DNA of 64,000 bases from an uncultured Cognatiyoonia sp. (GTDB lineage Bacteria > Pseudomonadota > Alphaproteobacteria > Rhodobacterales > Rhodobacteraceae), in NCBI GenBank assembly GCA_964414165.1, contig CAYPVL010000002.1:9897-73896 (forward strand), given 5' to 3'. Below are positions 51,801 through 60,460 of the stretch, piece by piece; positions within the stretch are counted from its first letter, which is position 1, and every line of letters starts with the position of its first letter. Under the pieces are notes generated by a model. That model was given only the letters and a program-made list of their open reading frames with translations. It had not been told where the DNA came from and searched no databases. The position numbers and the translations under genes were made by a program.

Positions 51801-52223
51801 GAACTGCGGGCTGACCTCGGCTTCAAGTGGGAAACGGCGCAGGATGCTGGAACAGAATGAATGGATCGTCTGGATTTTTAAACCGCCCGGCGTTTCGATT
51901 GCCCGCGCGAACAGCGTGCGTGCTTGCGTCAGATCAGGGGTGCCATCAACGCCTAGGTCGCGCAGATCGGCGCGAAGTGCATCATCATCCAGCATTGCCC
52001 ACGCGCCAAGTCGCTTGAACAGCCGGTTCTGCATCTCGGCGGCGGCGGCTTTGGTATAGGTCAGGCAAAGGATGTTCTGCGGCTCCACCTCATTTAGCAA
52101 CAGCCGCGCGACCCGGTCGGTCAGCACGCGGGTTTTGCCGGACCCGGCATTCGCGGACAGCCATGTGTGGTTGTTCGGGTCGGCGGCATCGACCTGTTTT
52201 TGGCTTGCGGCGTTGCGGATCAT
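48864..52223 (-). CDS. addA: Double-strand break repair helicase-nuclease AddA (alphaproteobacterial type)
   Basis: UvrD-like Walker A ANAGSGKT, DEAQDTS, and a C-terminal RecB-family nuclease (IDLL...AVDFKT). I prefer the ATG at 52223, which forms an ATGA overlap with the addB stop. Confidence 0.9.
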   Translation of the reverse strand: MIRNAASQKQVDAADPNNHTWLSANAGSGKTRVLTDRVARLLLNEVEPQNILCLTYTKAAAAEMQNRLFKRLGAWAMLDDDALRADLRDLGVDGTPDLTQARTLFARAIETPGGLKIQTIHSFCSSILRRFPLEAEVSPQFREMEDRTSELLRADVLDQMVEGPHQDAVLGVLQHFTGAEIDKLVAEIAQRRDHFTDPPSEAALRQTLDLAEGLTLDMLLANVFGRDEIQTLKSITAICAKGGATEMKAAAKLTKINFAQPGTADLLILEDVLLYKEKAKSGPFSAKVDAFPNKGTRQAHPDVIDDLNILMETVAHRRFDRLKLNALARTQALYAFGQAFVPAYEARKTAMGMLDFEDLIRKARMLLTDERVAQWVLFRLDGGIDHLLVDEAQDTSPDQWAVIKHLTAEFMSGEGARSDKRRTVFVVGDKKQSIYSFQGADPDEFDQMQAHFDEKLKAANDKLHPEILQHSFRSSQAILRVVDDTFADHRGDGLDKEVFHTAFKENMPGRVDLWPVIEPNVKEDDTRDWFDPVDKTSDTHHNVQLANQIAAEIKRMTLEETIPVEVGNTDTYTRRKVTEGDILILVQRRSELFSEIIRACKAEGLNIAGADRLRVGAELAVRDLAALLNFLALPEDDFSLACALRSPLFGWTEQDLFTLAHHRPEKTFLWTAMRESDAYPQTRAILDDLRRQSDFLRPYDLIERILTRHDGRRNLLARLGAEAEDGIDALLSQALAYESNAVPSLTGFLSWMQTDDLEVKRQMDNQGNRIRVMTVHGAKGLEAPIVFLPETQKRDNKDRAEIYEIDDAVFWKTPKDETPPALAAKKESILAAQERERMRLLYVAMTRAEKWLIIAAAGNVGESGESWYRIAEEGITRSGSVDAFVGDQAIKRVAHGDWDSLPLIAVEAAAASKVLPPEFPPLPDIIKSKTLSPSDLGGAKVLAGDPAGEDKDAALAKGRLVHLLLEHLPHAPIAERETLGHKLISASPDYTANAEELVSEVSALINKPDLADLFTTEALFEVSITAPVLNARMHGAIDLLHIHDDSILAVDFKTNRLVPSAPEKTPEGLLRQMGAYAAGLQEIYPTHRIETAILWTQTGSLMRMPEALISNALNRVTVP

Positions 52224-55168
52224 TTCAGCACCTGGGGCGCGATCTGATCGGCCATCGTCCATTCGCCAAAGCGCGAAAGATGGTCATAGGGACTGCTATC
52301 AGTGGTCAGTAGATGCGCAAGTCGGGCGGTGTAGCCGCGATCCGGTTCAAGCCAGCGGTTTAGCAGTTGCAGGAAATCGGCCCAGACCTTGTCGGTTGGT
52401 TCATCATTCAAGGGGGCCGGGCTGACTTTCATATCGGTGTTGATCCCGATGAAGGCCGCCTGCGCCACGGGTTTGCGCCCAAGCGTGGCAAACCCACCGC
52501 GTTCAGCCATCGCCGCTTCGATGAGTAGTTGTTTGTCGAACTTTTGTTGCTGTGGCTTGCTGGGAACGACGCCGGTTTTGTAATCGTAGATGATGAGCTG
52601 GCCTGTGTCGTCCATGTCGATCCGATCCGCCTTACCGACGATCTTGAAGGGAGGGTTCGGGATGTCCAATTCGCCCCAAGCCTCAATCGCGGCGACAGAT
52701 CCGGCGATTTGGCGCTGGGCTTCATCGGAAAGGAACATCGGCGCAAGCCGTTCGAGGCGGGTAAGCCATTGCAGCCGGACCATGGGCCAAGGACAGCTTT
52801 GCGCAAGTTGTTCGCGGGCGATTTGCAGCAGTTGGGCTTGGGCGTCGGAGTCTGCAGCATTGGGCTGCGCGCTGATGAAAAGTTCAAGGATTTTGTGAAA
52901 GACTTCGCCCCGCAATGACGGATCGGCGGTCGCCTTGACAGGGTCAATCGGGCGCAGTCGCAAGACCCGTTCGACATAGATCGCATAAGGATCGCGGATG
53001 AGCGTTTTGATCCGTGTGACTGACAATTCTTTAGGTCGTGCTGCAATAGGAGGGCGGGGTGAGGGACGTTTGGCTTTCTCGGTCTCCATCCTTGGTTCTT
53101 GCAAGACAATCGCCTGTGCCATCCATGCGTCGCCATCAGAACGCATTTTGGCAAGCGCAGCGTTCCCATGGTTCTTAGGCAATCCATCCAGTAAATTACA
53201 AAGCCGGTTCACCCAACGTGACGGCACGGTTTCCGCATCGGTCGATCGTTTGGCACGGGTCAGCCAGACCTCTTTCGCGGCAATCGCTTGTTGATAGTCA
53301 TGGGCGGACAGGCCGATGCGCCTTTCGGGCAAAAGCAGTTTGACCTGCTGTCGCATTTGCCGGTTTAGCCATGGATCAGGGGTGGGGCTTTCAGGCCAGA
53401 CACCATCGTTCAAGCCGCCAAGGATCACAAGATCAGCGCCCTGCACCCGTGCCTCAAGGGTGCCCCAAATCAGGATTTGCGGGTGCCCGGCGTCGCGATC
53501 ACGCACGACACCTTGGGACAGGATCGCATTGAAAAGGTTGCTGTAGTCCCGCGTGGTCATCATACCGCCGGCAGCGGCATTATTGATCAGTGTTTCGCAG
53601 GTTTTCAGTGCTTCACGCCCGGCGGCCTTTTGCCAAAGCTCACCCGCATTGCTGCCCCCGGGGCCTTCAGCCAAGGCGGTGGTTGCAGCGATGTGCTGTG
53701 ACAGAAGCGTTTCAAGTTGATCTTCGCCCAAAGCGCAAAGCGCGTCGATCTGGTCGCCGATCCATGCGGCCCAAGCGATGCGTCCGGGTTCCTCGGCCCC
53801 TGTCCTTTCGGCCCAATCCATAAGCGTGGCTTTGGTGATGATGGGCGGCCCATAGCGGCGGACGTGCAGTTCCAATTCGCGCGTATGCCGCAGGTGCGGG
53901 CCACGTTCTGCCCCGCCTGTGTGGCACAACGGGTGCTTTAGAATGACCAGTACATCCTCGGCCGTCGCCTGCGCCCCAATCAATTGCCCGACATGGCGCA
54001 GAAATCGCCCGGGTGCGGATTGCGCAAGCGGCGTGCCGGCGCTGTCATCGGGGATGATATCCCAGCGATCAAGGGCGGCGGCCACCTGCCGGGTAAGCAT
54101 CCTGTCGGGTGTAATCAATGCTGCGGTGACCCCATCTTGCGCTGCTTGGCGCAGGCGCAGTGCAATGGTTTCGGCCTCAATCCGGGGCGAGGGGGCCTCA
54201 ATCAAGGTCATGTTTTGCGTGGCGTCGCGCAGGTCGCCCAGATTGGGGCCCTCAGATAGCCATTGGTGCGTCACGGGTGCGGGGCGCAGTGAGAGTGAGA
54301 CCAGTTTATTGCGCTGCGGTGCCGGGGCAAGGTCGGTCTGCCATGGCTGAACGGTGGTTGGATCAACCCCAAGGCTGGTCAGCAAATTATAAAACCGAAA
54401 CTGTGGATGATCTTCTTGCGGCACCTTGCCGCCAAGGCTGTCCCATGTCGTGGCTGGCATGTCGCAATCAAAACCGGGCAGGACAAGCGCGCCTTGGGGA
54501 AGTTTTGCGACGGCCTCCATGAACAAACGTGTCGCGCCCCGCGAACCGGTTGAGCCCGCGACAATGATCGGATGGGTTGGCGGTGTTTGCGCCCAATGGG
54601 AGATCCGCTGTTCGATGATCATCCGCTGACGCGCTTCTTTGTCGGGGGCGTCAGTGCCTGTGGCGAAGTAGTCTTGCAGCAACATCAGGAATTTGAGCGC
54701 GCGCTGCCAATGGCCGGACTGGTCCGAAATATCGAGTTCCATTAACGCGCTGGGCAAAACACCTTCGCCCTGCATCTCATCCATCAGCGACGCAAGGCTG
54801 TCGGAAAGATCATAAAGTGCTGCGCGTGGTGCAAGGTCGGGTTCTTTGGAGAGCAGGCCAGCGACGGCTTGCGATAATTCCAGTCTGCGCCAAAGCGGCG
54901 AAACGGGGGCTGGAATATCGAAGGCGGTGTGATCAAGTGCGAGGTCTGTCACAAGCCGTACCCTTGGCAAAAGCCTTGCAGGTCCGGCATCGAACACTTC
55001 GCGCAGGCGGCGCTGCATCCGCGCAGTATTTACGTAAATTTCGGTGCGCGCGATATCGCTTTGCGACATGGTCGCAAAGCGCCCCTCCAGTCCGGCGACC
55101 AGCGCTTTGCCAAAGTCCGCGCCGGGCGGCATCCCGAAGATGCGGGGGGTGTCTTGGGGGTCAAACAT
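52220..55168 (-). CDS. addB: Double-strand break repair protein AddB (alphaproteobacterial type)
   Basis: Degenerate helicase-like N-terminal part. C-terminal PD-(D/E)XK nuclease GKADRID...IIYDYKTG. I prefer the start MFDPQDTPRIF at 55168, an 8-nt overlap with the murU-like stop. Confidence 0.85.
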   Translation of the reverse strand: MFDPQDTPRIFGMPPGADFGKALVAGLEGRFATMSQSDIARTEIYVNTARMQRRLREVFDAGPARLLPRVRLVTDLALDHTAFDIPAPVSPLWRRLELSQAVAGLLSKEPDLAPRAALYDLSDSLASLMDEMQGEGVLPSALMELDISDQSGHWQRALKFLMLLQDYFATGTDAPDKEARQRMIIEQRISHWAQTPPTHPIIVAGSTGSRGATRLFMEAVAKLPQGALVLPGFDCDMPATTWDSLGGKVPQEDHPQFRFYNLLTSLGVDPTTVQPWQTDLAPAPQRNKLVSLSLRPAPVTHQWLSEGPNLGDLRDATQNMTLIEAPSPRIEAETIALRLRQAAQDGVTAALITPDRMLTRQVAAALDRWDIIPDDSAGTPLAQSAPGRFLRHVGQLIGAQATAEDVLVILKHPLCHTGGAERGPHLRHTRELELHVRRYGPPIITKATLMDWAERTGAEEPGRIAWAAWIGDQIDALCALGEDQLETLLSQHIAATTALAEGPGGSNAGELWQKAAGREALKTCETLINNAAAGGMMTTRDYSNLFNAILSQGVVRDRDAGHPQILIWGTLEARVQGADLVILGGLNDGVWPESPTPDPWLNRQMRQQVKLLLPERRIGLSAHDYQQAIAAKEVWLTRAKRSTDAETVPSRWVNRLCNLLDGLPKNHGNAALAKMRSDGDAWMAQAIVLQEPRMETEKAKRPSPRPPIAARPKELSVTRIKTLIRDPYAIYVERVLRLRPIDPVKATADPSLRGEVFHKILELFISAQPNAADSDAQAQLLQIAREQLAQSCPWPMVRLQWLTRLERLAPMFLSDEAQRQIAGSVAAIEAWGELDIPNPPFKIVGKADRIDMDDTGQLIIYDYKTGVVPSKPQQQKFDKQLLIEAAMAERGGFATLGRKPVAQAAFIGINTDMKVSPAPLNDEPTDKVWADFLQLLNRWLEPDRGYTARLAHLLTTDSSPYDHLSRFGEWTMADQIAPQVLK

Positions 55169-55838
55169 CCAATAGTGCCTCGGCCAGGGGGATGCTTTCG
55201 GGGCGACCCACGTCGCACCATTGCCCATCATAGCGACACCCATAAAGCCCGCCGCGCTGGGCGATGATGTTCCACGCTGCATTCAGGGAAAACACCGTAT
55301 CTTCGATTTCATCCAGAACATCAGGTCGGATAATTTGCAGCCCTGTGTAGATATCGCCCGGCCCACGTGTCAGCTCTCCGGTCGCATCCATCTGAAAATC
55401 GCCCGGCCCAGTGTGGCCATGCACGGCCTCTTTCGGAACCATCATCAGAAGTGCCTCCATGCTTGGGTCCCAAGCATTCAGGATTTGTGGAATAGGATTA
55501 GCGCCCTTCCAGATGGCATCTGTATTCAGGGTGATAACGGGCCCTTTGCCAAGCAAGGGCAAGGCGTGCCGTAGCCCGCCACCTGTGTCACGCAGCAGAT
55601 CGACTTCATCGGATATCGCGATGTTTGCCCCAGCCAGATGCGCGCGCATCATGTCCGCTTTGTAGTGTACATTCACAACGCGCCGGCGGATTTGCGGCAC
55701 TTGGGTCAGGGCGTTCGCATGGTCAAACAGCGCCCGGCCCGCAACCTTAACCAGCGGTTTTGGCCGCGTAGCCGTCAGGGTTCCCATCCGCGTGCCAAGC
55801 CCTGCGGCAAACATCAAAATAGCGTTGGGTTGTGTCAT
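55161..55838 (-). CDS. murU: Sugar-1-phosphate nucleotidyltransferase, MurU-like (MurNAc-1-P uridylyltransferase family)
   Basis: FAAGLGTRMG...PKPLV nucleotidyltransferase motif. TGGGL..ALPLLG...N.D.IW resembles MurU. Paired with an AmgK-like kinase. Confidence 0.65.
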   Translation of the reverse strand: MTQPNAILMFAAGLGTRMGTLTATRPKPLVKVAGRALFDHANALTQVPQIRRRVVNVHYKADMMRAHLAGANIAISDEVDLLRDTGGGLRHALPLLGKGPVITLNTDAIWKGANPIPQILNAWDPSMEALLMMVPKEAVHGHTGPGDFQMDATGELTRGPGDIYTGLQIIRPDVLDEIEDTVFSLNAAWNIIAQRGGLYGCRYDGQWCDVGRPESIPLAEALLDV

Positions 55839-56803
55839 GTGCTGGCCTCAAATGCGGATGGTGCTGGCAGACCATCACTGACCAGTTTGTGCAAGTCGCT
55901 GAATGCGGGGTGATCAAGGTCTTGGTTGATATAACGCCAAACGCGGGGCAGCATAGCGGCATAGCGCGTTTTGCCATGCACCCGGATAAGTCGTGCAAAA
56001 ACGCCAAGGATGCGCAGGTTTCGCTGGATCGCAAGGCCCCGGATGCGCAGGGTCAGTTGGTCATGGGGTTCGCCGGTTTGATCGGCGACATAGCCCAGAA
56101 TGTTATCCGCAAGGTTCGCATCAATATCCCGCCGCGCATCCCGTAAAAGCGACGCAAGATCATACCCCTCAGGCGCGATGAAGGCGTCTTGGAAATCAAG
56201 AAGACCAACGCGTTGAAGGCCTGTCTTGTCTGGTCGCCAGATCAGGTTCTCTGCATGGAAGTCGCGCAAGGCCAGCGTTGGGGTCGCTTGGCAATGGTCT
56301 TGGAACATTGTCGTGATGCTTGCTGACAAATCATCCGCAAGGGCAGGGGTTTGTGCGTAGTGTTCGGCTGTGATGCGTACCATGTCGCCGGCGGTTGCTG
56401 CATCAAGGGCGTGAAGGTTTGGCGCTGCTTGTTGGCTGATATGGATCAGCACATCGGCCGCTGCTCGGTAAAGTTCAATTGCGCAGGCGGGATTGGCGTG
56501 AATAGCTTTGGCAAAATCGGTGTTGCCAAGATCTTCGAGGATCAGAAAACCTTGTCCGTCATCCCGTGCAAGGATCCGGGGTGGGGCAAGTTGCATTTTT
56601 TGCAACTCTTTAGTGATCCGAATGAACGGGCCGACGTCTTCGCCTGCTTCGGGTGCTGCGTCCATTAGGATGACGCTTTCGCCCTTATGCGACAGTCGGG
56701 TATAGCTGCGCGCGGATGCGTCTTGGGCGATGGGTGATTGTGCCCATTCTGCCCAAGACGTTTGATCAAGGAACGCGACTTTGGCTTTGCTTCTGTCAGA
56801 CAT
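55835..56803 (-). CDS. amgK: Aminoglycoside-phosphotransferase-fold kinase, AmgK-like (anomeric MurNAc/GlcNAc kinase family)
   Basis: APH-fold catalytic loop RDFHAENLIW and DFQDA metal-binding motif. Translationally coupled to the murU-like gene. Confidence 0.6.
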   Translation of the reverse strand: MSDRSKAKVAFLDQTSWAEWAQSPIAQDASARSYTRLSHKGESVILMDAAPEAGEDVGPFIRITKELQKMQLAPPRILARDDGQGFLILEDLGNTDFAKAIHANPACAIELYRAAADVLIHISQQAAPNLHALDAATAGDMVRITAEHYAQTPALADDLSASITTMFQDHCQATPTLALRDFHAENLIWRPDKTGLQRVGLLDFQDAFIAPEGYDLASLLRDARRDIDANLADNILGYVADQTGEPHDQLTLRIRGLAIQRNLRILGVFARLIRVHGKTRYAAMLPRVWRYINQDLDHPAFSDLHKLVSDGLPAPSAFEAST

Positions 56804-57260
56804 GGATGTCTTTTAACCGAGCCTGCCAAAATTCTGTCAGACGTGCCGTGACACGGTGTCCGGCCTCTTCTGCAGAAAAGGTCAGCTCCAACGCTTGTGA
56901 AGGCTGCAAACTGCCCAGCCGGTCGGGCCATTCGATCAGGCATATTGCTGTTTCAAACGCCTCATCCAACCCCAGTTCAACCACCTCATCCGGGTCGGTC
57001 AATCTGTACAGATCACAGTGCCAGACGTCCCCATCTACGTGCGGATAGGTCTGCACCAGCGTGAAAGTGGGCGAGGGAATGTCTTCGGCTGTTCCGGTCC
57101 GCGCCCGGATCAGGGCGCGACTGAAGAAGGATTTCCCGGCCCCAACAGGCCCTGACAGCAGGATCGTGTCACCGGGTGCAAGGATACGCCCAACTTGGCC
57201 AGCGAAGGCTGCGGTTACGTCCTCTGTTGGCAGATCAAGGGCGAAGGTGGATTGGCTCAT
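56796..57260 (-). CDS. tsaE: tRNA t6A37 biosynthesis ATPase TsaE
   Basis: 154 aa. Walker A GPVGAGKS. SPTFTLV and H.DLYRL motifs. Confidence 0.85.
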   Translation of the reverse strand: MSQSTFALDLPTEDVTAAFAGQVGRILAPGDTILLSGPVGAGKSFFSRALIRARTGTAEDIPSPTFTLVQTYPHVDGDVWHCDLYRLTDPDEVVELGLDEAFETAICLIEWPDRLGSLQPSQALELTFSAEEAGHRVTARLTEFWQARLKDIHV

Positions 57261-57300
57261 ACTGACAAAGTATGGAAACCCCCCGTCGCTGCAAGCCGAT

Positions 57301-58896
57301 TCAGGATTTGCGCATTATCAACGCCGGATCAGCGGTCATCAGTTTTTGCAAAGTTGGGGTACGCTTTGTCGACTTGAGGAACCGCACAAGGGTCATATTG
57401 TTGGGCAGTGGCGTCACTGCGCAGGTGATCTGCCGTCCATCAAGGCGAACAACTGTATCTGACCAAGGTTCCCGCGTGGATGGGGCTTTTGCAAAATCTT
57501 CGATCCTGCGCCACGCGCCGGTGCTGACACAATCTGCCTTCCAGGTCCGCAATGACGTGCGCAAGTCCATATTGGCGGACATTGTGGTTTCCGGCTGCCC
57601 CCATAGATCGAAATATGCATCATTGGCCACGACCAGCATATTGGTTGCTGAAAAGACGGCGATGGCGTCTGGCAGACTGTCGAGAACAGATTGCCCCGTT
57701 TCAATTTCGGTCCGAAAGCGGCGGGTGAGCGAAACTTCGGCAGTGACATCTTCGAATAGAAAGGCAAGTGCGCCATTGGGATGCGGTCGCCCTGTCACGC
57801 GGAAGGTTTGCCCATCCGGCATTTCCCAGTTTTCAACATAGGTCCCGTTCTTGGCCTCTGCTTCAAGGGCTGCGAAGTGTTGGCGAAAGGACGTATAGTC
57901 TTTTGGCTCTGGCAGGATTTGCAAATCGCGCAAGCGGTCCAGCACGTTATGGATCGAGGGCCGCCCGATCAGAAAGTTTGTGGGCAAACCTGTCAACTCG
58001 CCGAAGGCGGGGTTGTAGCTGGCCAAGCGGCGCTTGCTGTCAAAGATCGCAAGCCCAATGGACAGTTGCGCAAATGTATTCGCAATCGTCGCCATGAATG
58101 ACTTTTGCCCTTCTTCAGCGCGCATCACGTCATTGGCGCAGGATGCATAATGCAGCGCCCCGGCTGGGCCGGGCATGCTGGTGACATCGAACCAATGCTC
58201 TGCCTCTTGCCCGGCAAGCTTGAGAGAGCGGCGCGACGTCAAAGGCGTTGCGTCTTTTGCAATTGGATAGGGCAATTCATCAAATAAACGATGTGATGGC
58301 CAGGCTTGTCCGGTATGGGCTGTGGGTGGTTGTTTGCGGTCGGAATATTCAAGGTAGGCTTTGTTGGCCCAGACAACCTGCCCGTTTTCACTGTCTTCTT
58401 GCCAGATCAGTTGTGGTGCGTGATCGCACAAGTACCGCAGTGTGTCGGTTTCGTTTTGCAAGGCTTCTTGTTCAAGGTCTTTATATTGCAAAAGCGCCTG
58501 CAAATGGTCCGACCCATTCAGTGTGATGCGCAGCGCCTGATCTTTCTTGGCAATATCAACAGATAATGAATCATCGCGCGATGATACGACCGATGCCTTT
58601 TTTCCATCAGCCAAGTCGGTCAGTATCGTTGGGAAAAACCCACCAAGCAAACTGATGAGATAATCAAATTCTGTCATGTCTTTTGGGCGGCGCGCAATGA
58701 AATCTTGGGCCGTCGTTGTTGCGTCAATCAGCGTTTCATTTTCAAACAAAAAGACCGGCAGTCCGGTATTATGCTGTTTTGGGGCAAGCGTTTTGCGCCG
58801 TCGAAATCGCCCTTGCAAAAAAGCGTTTATCAAAATGGAGAGGAACATCGCAGATAAGGCAACACAAACCAATTGCAGAATATCGCCTGAGGGCAT
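57301..58896 (-). CDS. Membrane-anchored multi-PAS-domain protein with no recognisable output domain
   Basis: 531 aa with one N-terminal TM segment. Repeated PAS-like segments (QLIWQED..GQVVWANKAY; GLAIFDSKRRLASYNPAF; DAIAVFSATNMLVVANDAY). I see no H-box, N/G1/G2 box, GGDEF or EAL motif. Confidence 0.6.
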   Translation of the reverse strand: MPSGDILQLVCVALSAMFLSILINAFLQGRFRRRKTLAPKQHNTGLPVFLFENETLIDATTTAQDFIARRPKDMTEFDYLISLLGGFFPTILTDLADGKKASVVSSRDDSLSVDIAKKDQALRITLNGSDHLQALLQYKDLEQEALQNETDTLRYLCDHAPQLIWQEDSENGQVVWANKAYLEYSDRKQPPTAHTGQAWPSHRLFDELPYPIAKDATPLTSRRSLKLAGQEAEHWFDVTSMPGPAGALHYASCANDVMRAEEGQKSFMATIANTFAQLSIGLAIFDSKRRLASYNPAFGELTGLPTNFLIGRPSIHNVLDRLRDLQILPEPKDYTSFRQHFAALEAEAKNGTYVENWEMPDGQTFRVTGRPHPNGALAFLFEDVTAEVSLTRRFRTEIETGQSVLDSLPDAIAVFSATNMLVVANDAYFDLWGQPETTMSANMDLRTSLRTWKADCVSTGAWRRIEDFAKAPSTREPWSDTVVRLDGRQITCAVTPLPNNMTLVRFLKSTKRTPTLQKLMTADPALIMRKS

Positions 58897-58974
58897 TGAC
58901 CGACTCCGTTTTAACTTTCGCTTATCAAAAGCGATGAAAGTTAATTCCGAATTAAGGCAGAGGTTTATTTAGAT

Positions 58975-60372
58975 TTATGATGTTATTGGTTTATTTTTGC
59001 CCAAAGGCATCGGGTTTTGGACCAGCTGTTGATCCAGCACCTCGCGCGGCCATGTCACTGTTACGATGGCCCCGCCTGTTGCCTGCCCGGCCCATCCCGC
59101 GTGCCCGTGCCGTCTGCCATTTTCGAACGTGATCTGCGCCCCTGATCGTTCCAGCAGCGTTTTCGCAATGAAAAGCCCAAGCCCCATCCCTTCGTATTCG
59201 GGGCGTTGCGGTCCATCCAGATTGACGCGCCGCCGCCGCACGAAAGGGTCCCCGATCCGTCCGATAACAGATTGCGGAAAGCCGGGCCCGTCATCGGTAA
59301 TTCTGATGCGAATATCTGCCTCGGACCAATTGATATCAATCTCGACCCGCGCTTCCGCAAAATCCACTGCGTTTTGGATCAGGTTGCGCAGCCCATGGAT
59401 GATTTCGGGCCGCCTTGGGATGACTGGTTGACTGTGATCGCCGGCCTCATCGGGCGCAATATCAAACAGCACCTGTTTGCCCCGGTCGATATGCGGTTCC
59501 GCAGCCTCGTGGATAACGGTTTCCAGCGGGGCTGTGCGCAGGTGCATATCTTCATTGCCCGCGCGTCCCATCGACAAAAGAATTTCGCGGCAGCGTTCGG
59601 CCTGCTCGCGGATGAGGCGGGCATCATCGCGCAGCTCTTCATTACTCTCAAGTTCCTCGATCAACTCTGAGCTGACAAGTTTGATCGTGGCAAGCGGCGT
59701 CCCAAGTTCATGCGCGGCCGCAGCCACAACCCCTCCAAGGTCGGTCAGCTTCTGTTCGCGGGCAAGGGCAAGCTGTGTTGCCACCAACGCATCGCCCATG
59801 GTGTGCATTTCGGTTGTCACCTGCCGAGCGTAAATCGCCAGAAAGATCACGCCGATTACAAGCGATACCCAGAACCCGAATTGGAAGATCACAGGCAGCA
59901 CCAACACGGTGCCGTCAGATGTGTGCAATGGCACGTTTACCTGACTGATAACGCTGATCAGGATGATCGCGATGACCCCAACCAAGACCATGCTTTGCAG
60001 CCGCAGCACAGTCGCCGCAATGGTAACCGGTGCAAGGATCAGCAGCGCAAAGGGGTTGTTCAGCCCGCCTGTGAGGAACAGCAAAAGGCTAAGCTGTACA
60101 ATATCAAACAGCAGCATCATCGTGGTTTCCCGTTCCGACAGCCGCTTGTTTTCAGGATAAAGCGTCATTGAAAACAGGTTCGCGACGATTGAACTGCCGA
60201 TGATCAGCGCCGCAGAGGCGATTTCGACCTGTAAGTCATAAATCCGTGTTGCCGCCACAATCGCCGTAATCTGCCCTGCAATCGCAAACCACCGCAGCAC
60301 CACCAGCGTGCGCAGGCGTACCCAGTTGCTGCGCTGTTGCTCCTGAAAGAACTGATGCTCTGACTCGGACAT
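58975..60372 (-). CDS. regB: Redox-sensing histidine kinase RegB/PrrB/ActS
   Basis: Six-TM N-terminus with quinone-site motif GGLNNPF. H-box AAAAHELGTPLATI. Redox-box Cys in REQAERCREIL. HATPase G-boxes DDGPGF and GMGLGL. Confidence 0.85.
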   Translation of the reverse strand: MSESEHQFFQEQQRSNWVRLRTLVVLRWFAIAGQITAIVAATRIYDLQVEIASAALIIGSSIVANLFSMTLYPENKRLSERETTMMLLFDIVQLSLLLFLTGGLNNPFALLILAPVTIAATVLRLQSMVLVGVIAIILISVISQVNVPLHTSDGTVLVLPVIFQFGFWVSLVIGVIFLAIYARQVTTEMHTMGDALVATQLALAREQKLTDLGGVVAAAAHELGTPLATIKLVSSELIEELESNEELRDDARLIREQAERCREILLSMGRAGNEDMHLRTAPLETVIHEAAEPHIDRGKQVLFDIAPDEAGDHSQPVIPRRPEIIHGLRNLIQNAVDFAEARVEIDINWSEADIRIRITDDGPGFPQSVIGRIGDPFVRRRRVNLDGPQRPEYEGMGLGLFIAKTLLERSGAQITFENGRRHGHAGWAGQATGGAIVTVTWPREVLDQQLVQNPMPLGKNKPITS

Positions 60373-60460
60373 GTTGAAAAGTTGAACCCCTCGCGTGCGA
60401 TTATTCCTTGTTAAGGATAGCCCGGTGCGGGATCAATGCGACAGGATAGGAGCATTTAGG

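Noticed and set aside
60373-60460. RegA-binding sites in the regB/senC divergent spacer.
   Set aside because: GC-rich partial matches exist (for example GTGCGGGATCAATGCGAC), but the RegA consensus is degenerate and I cannot align a convincing site by eye.
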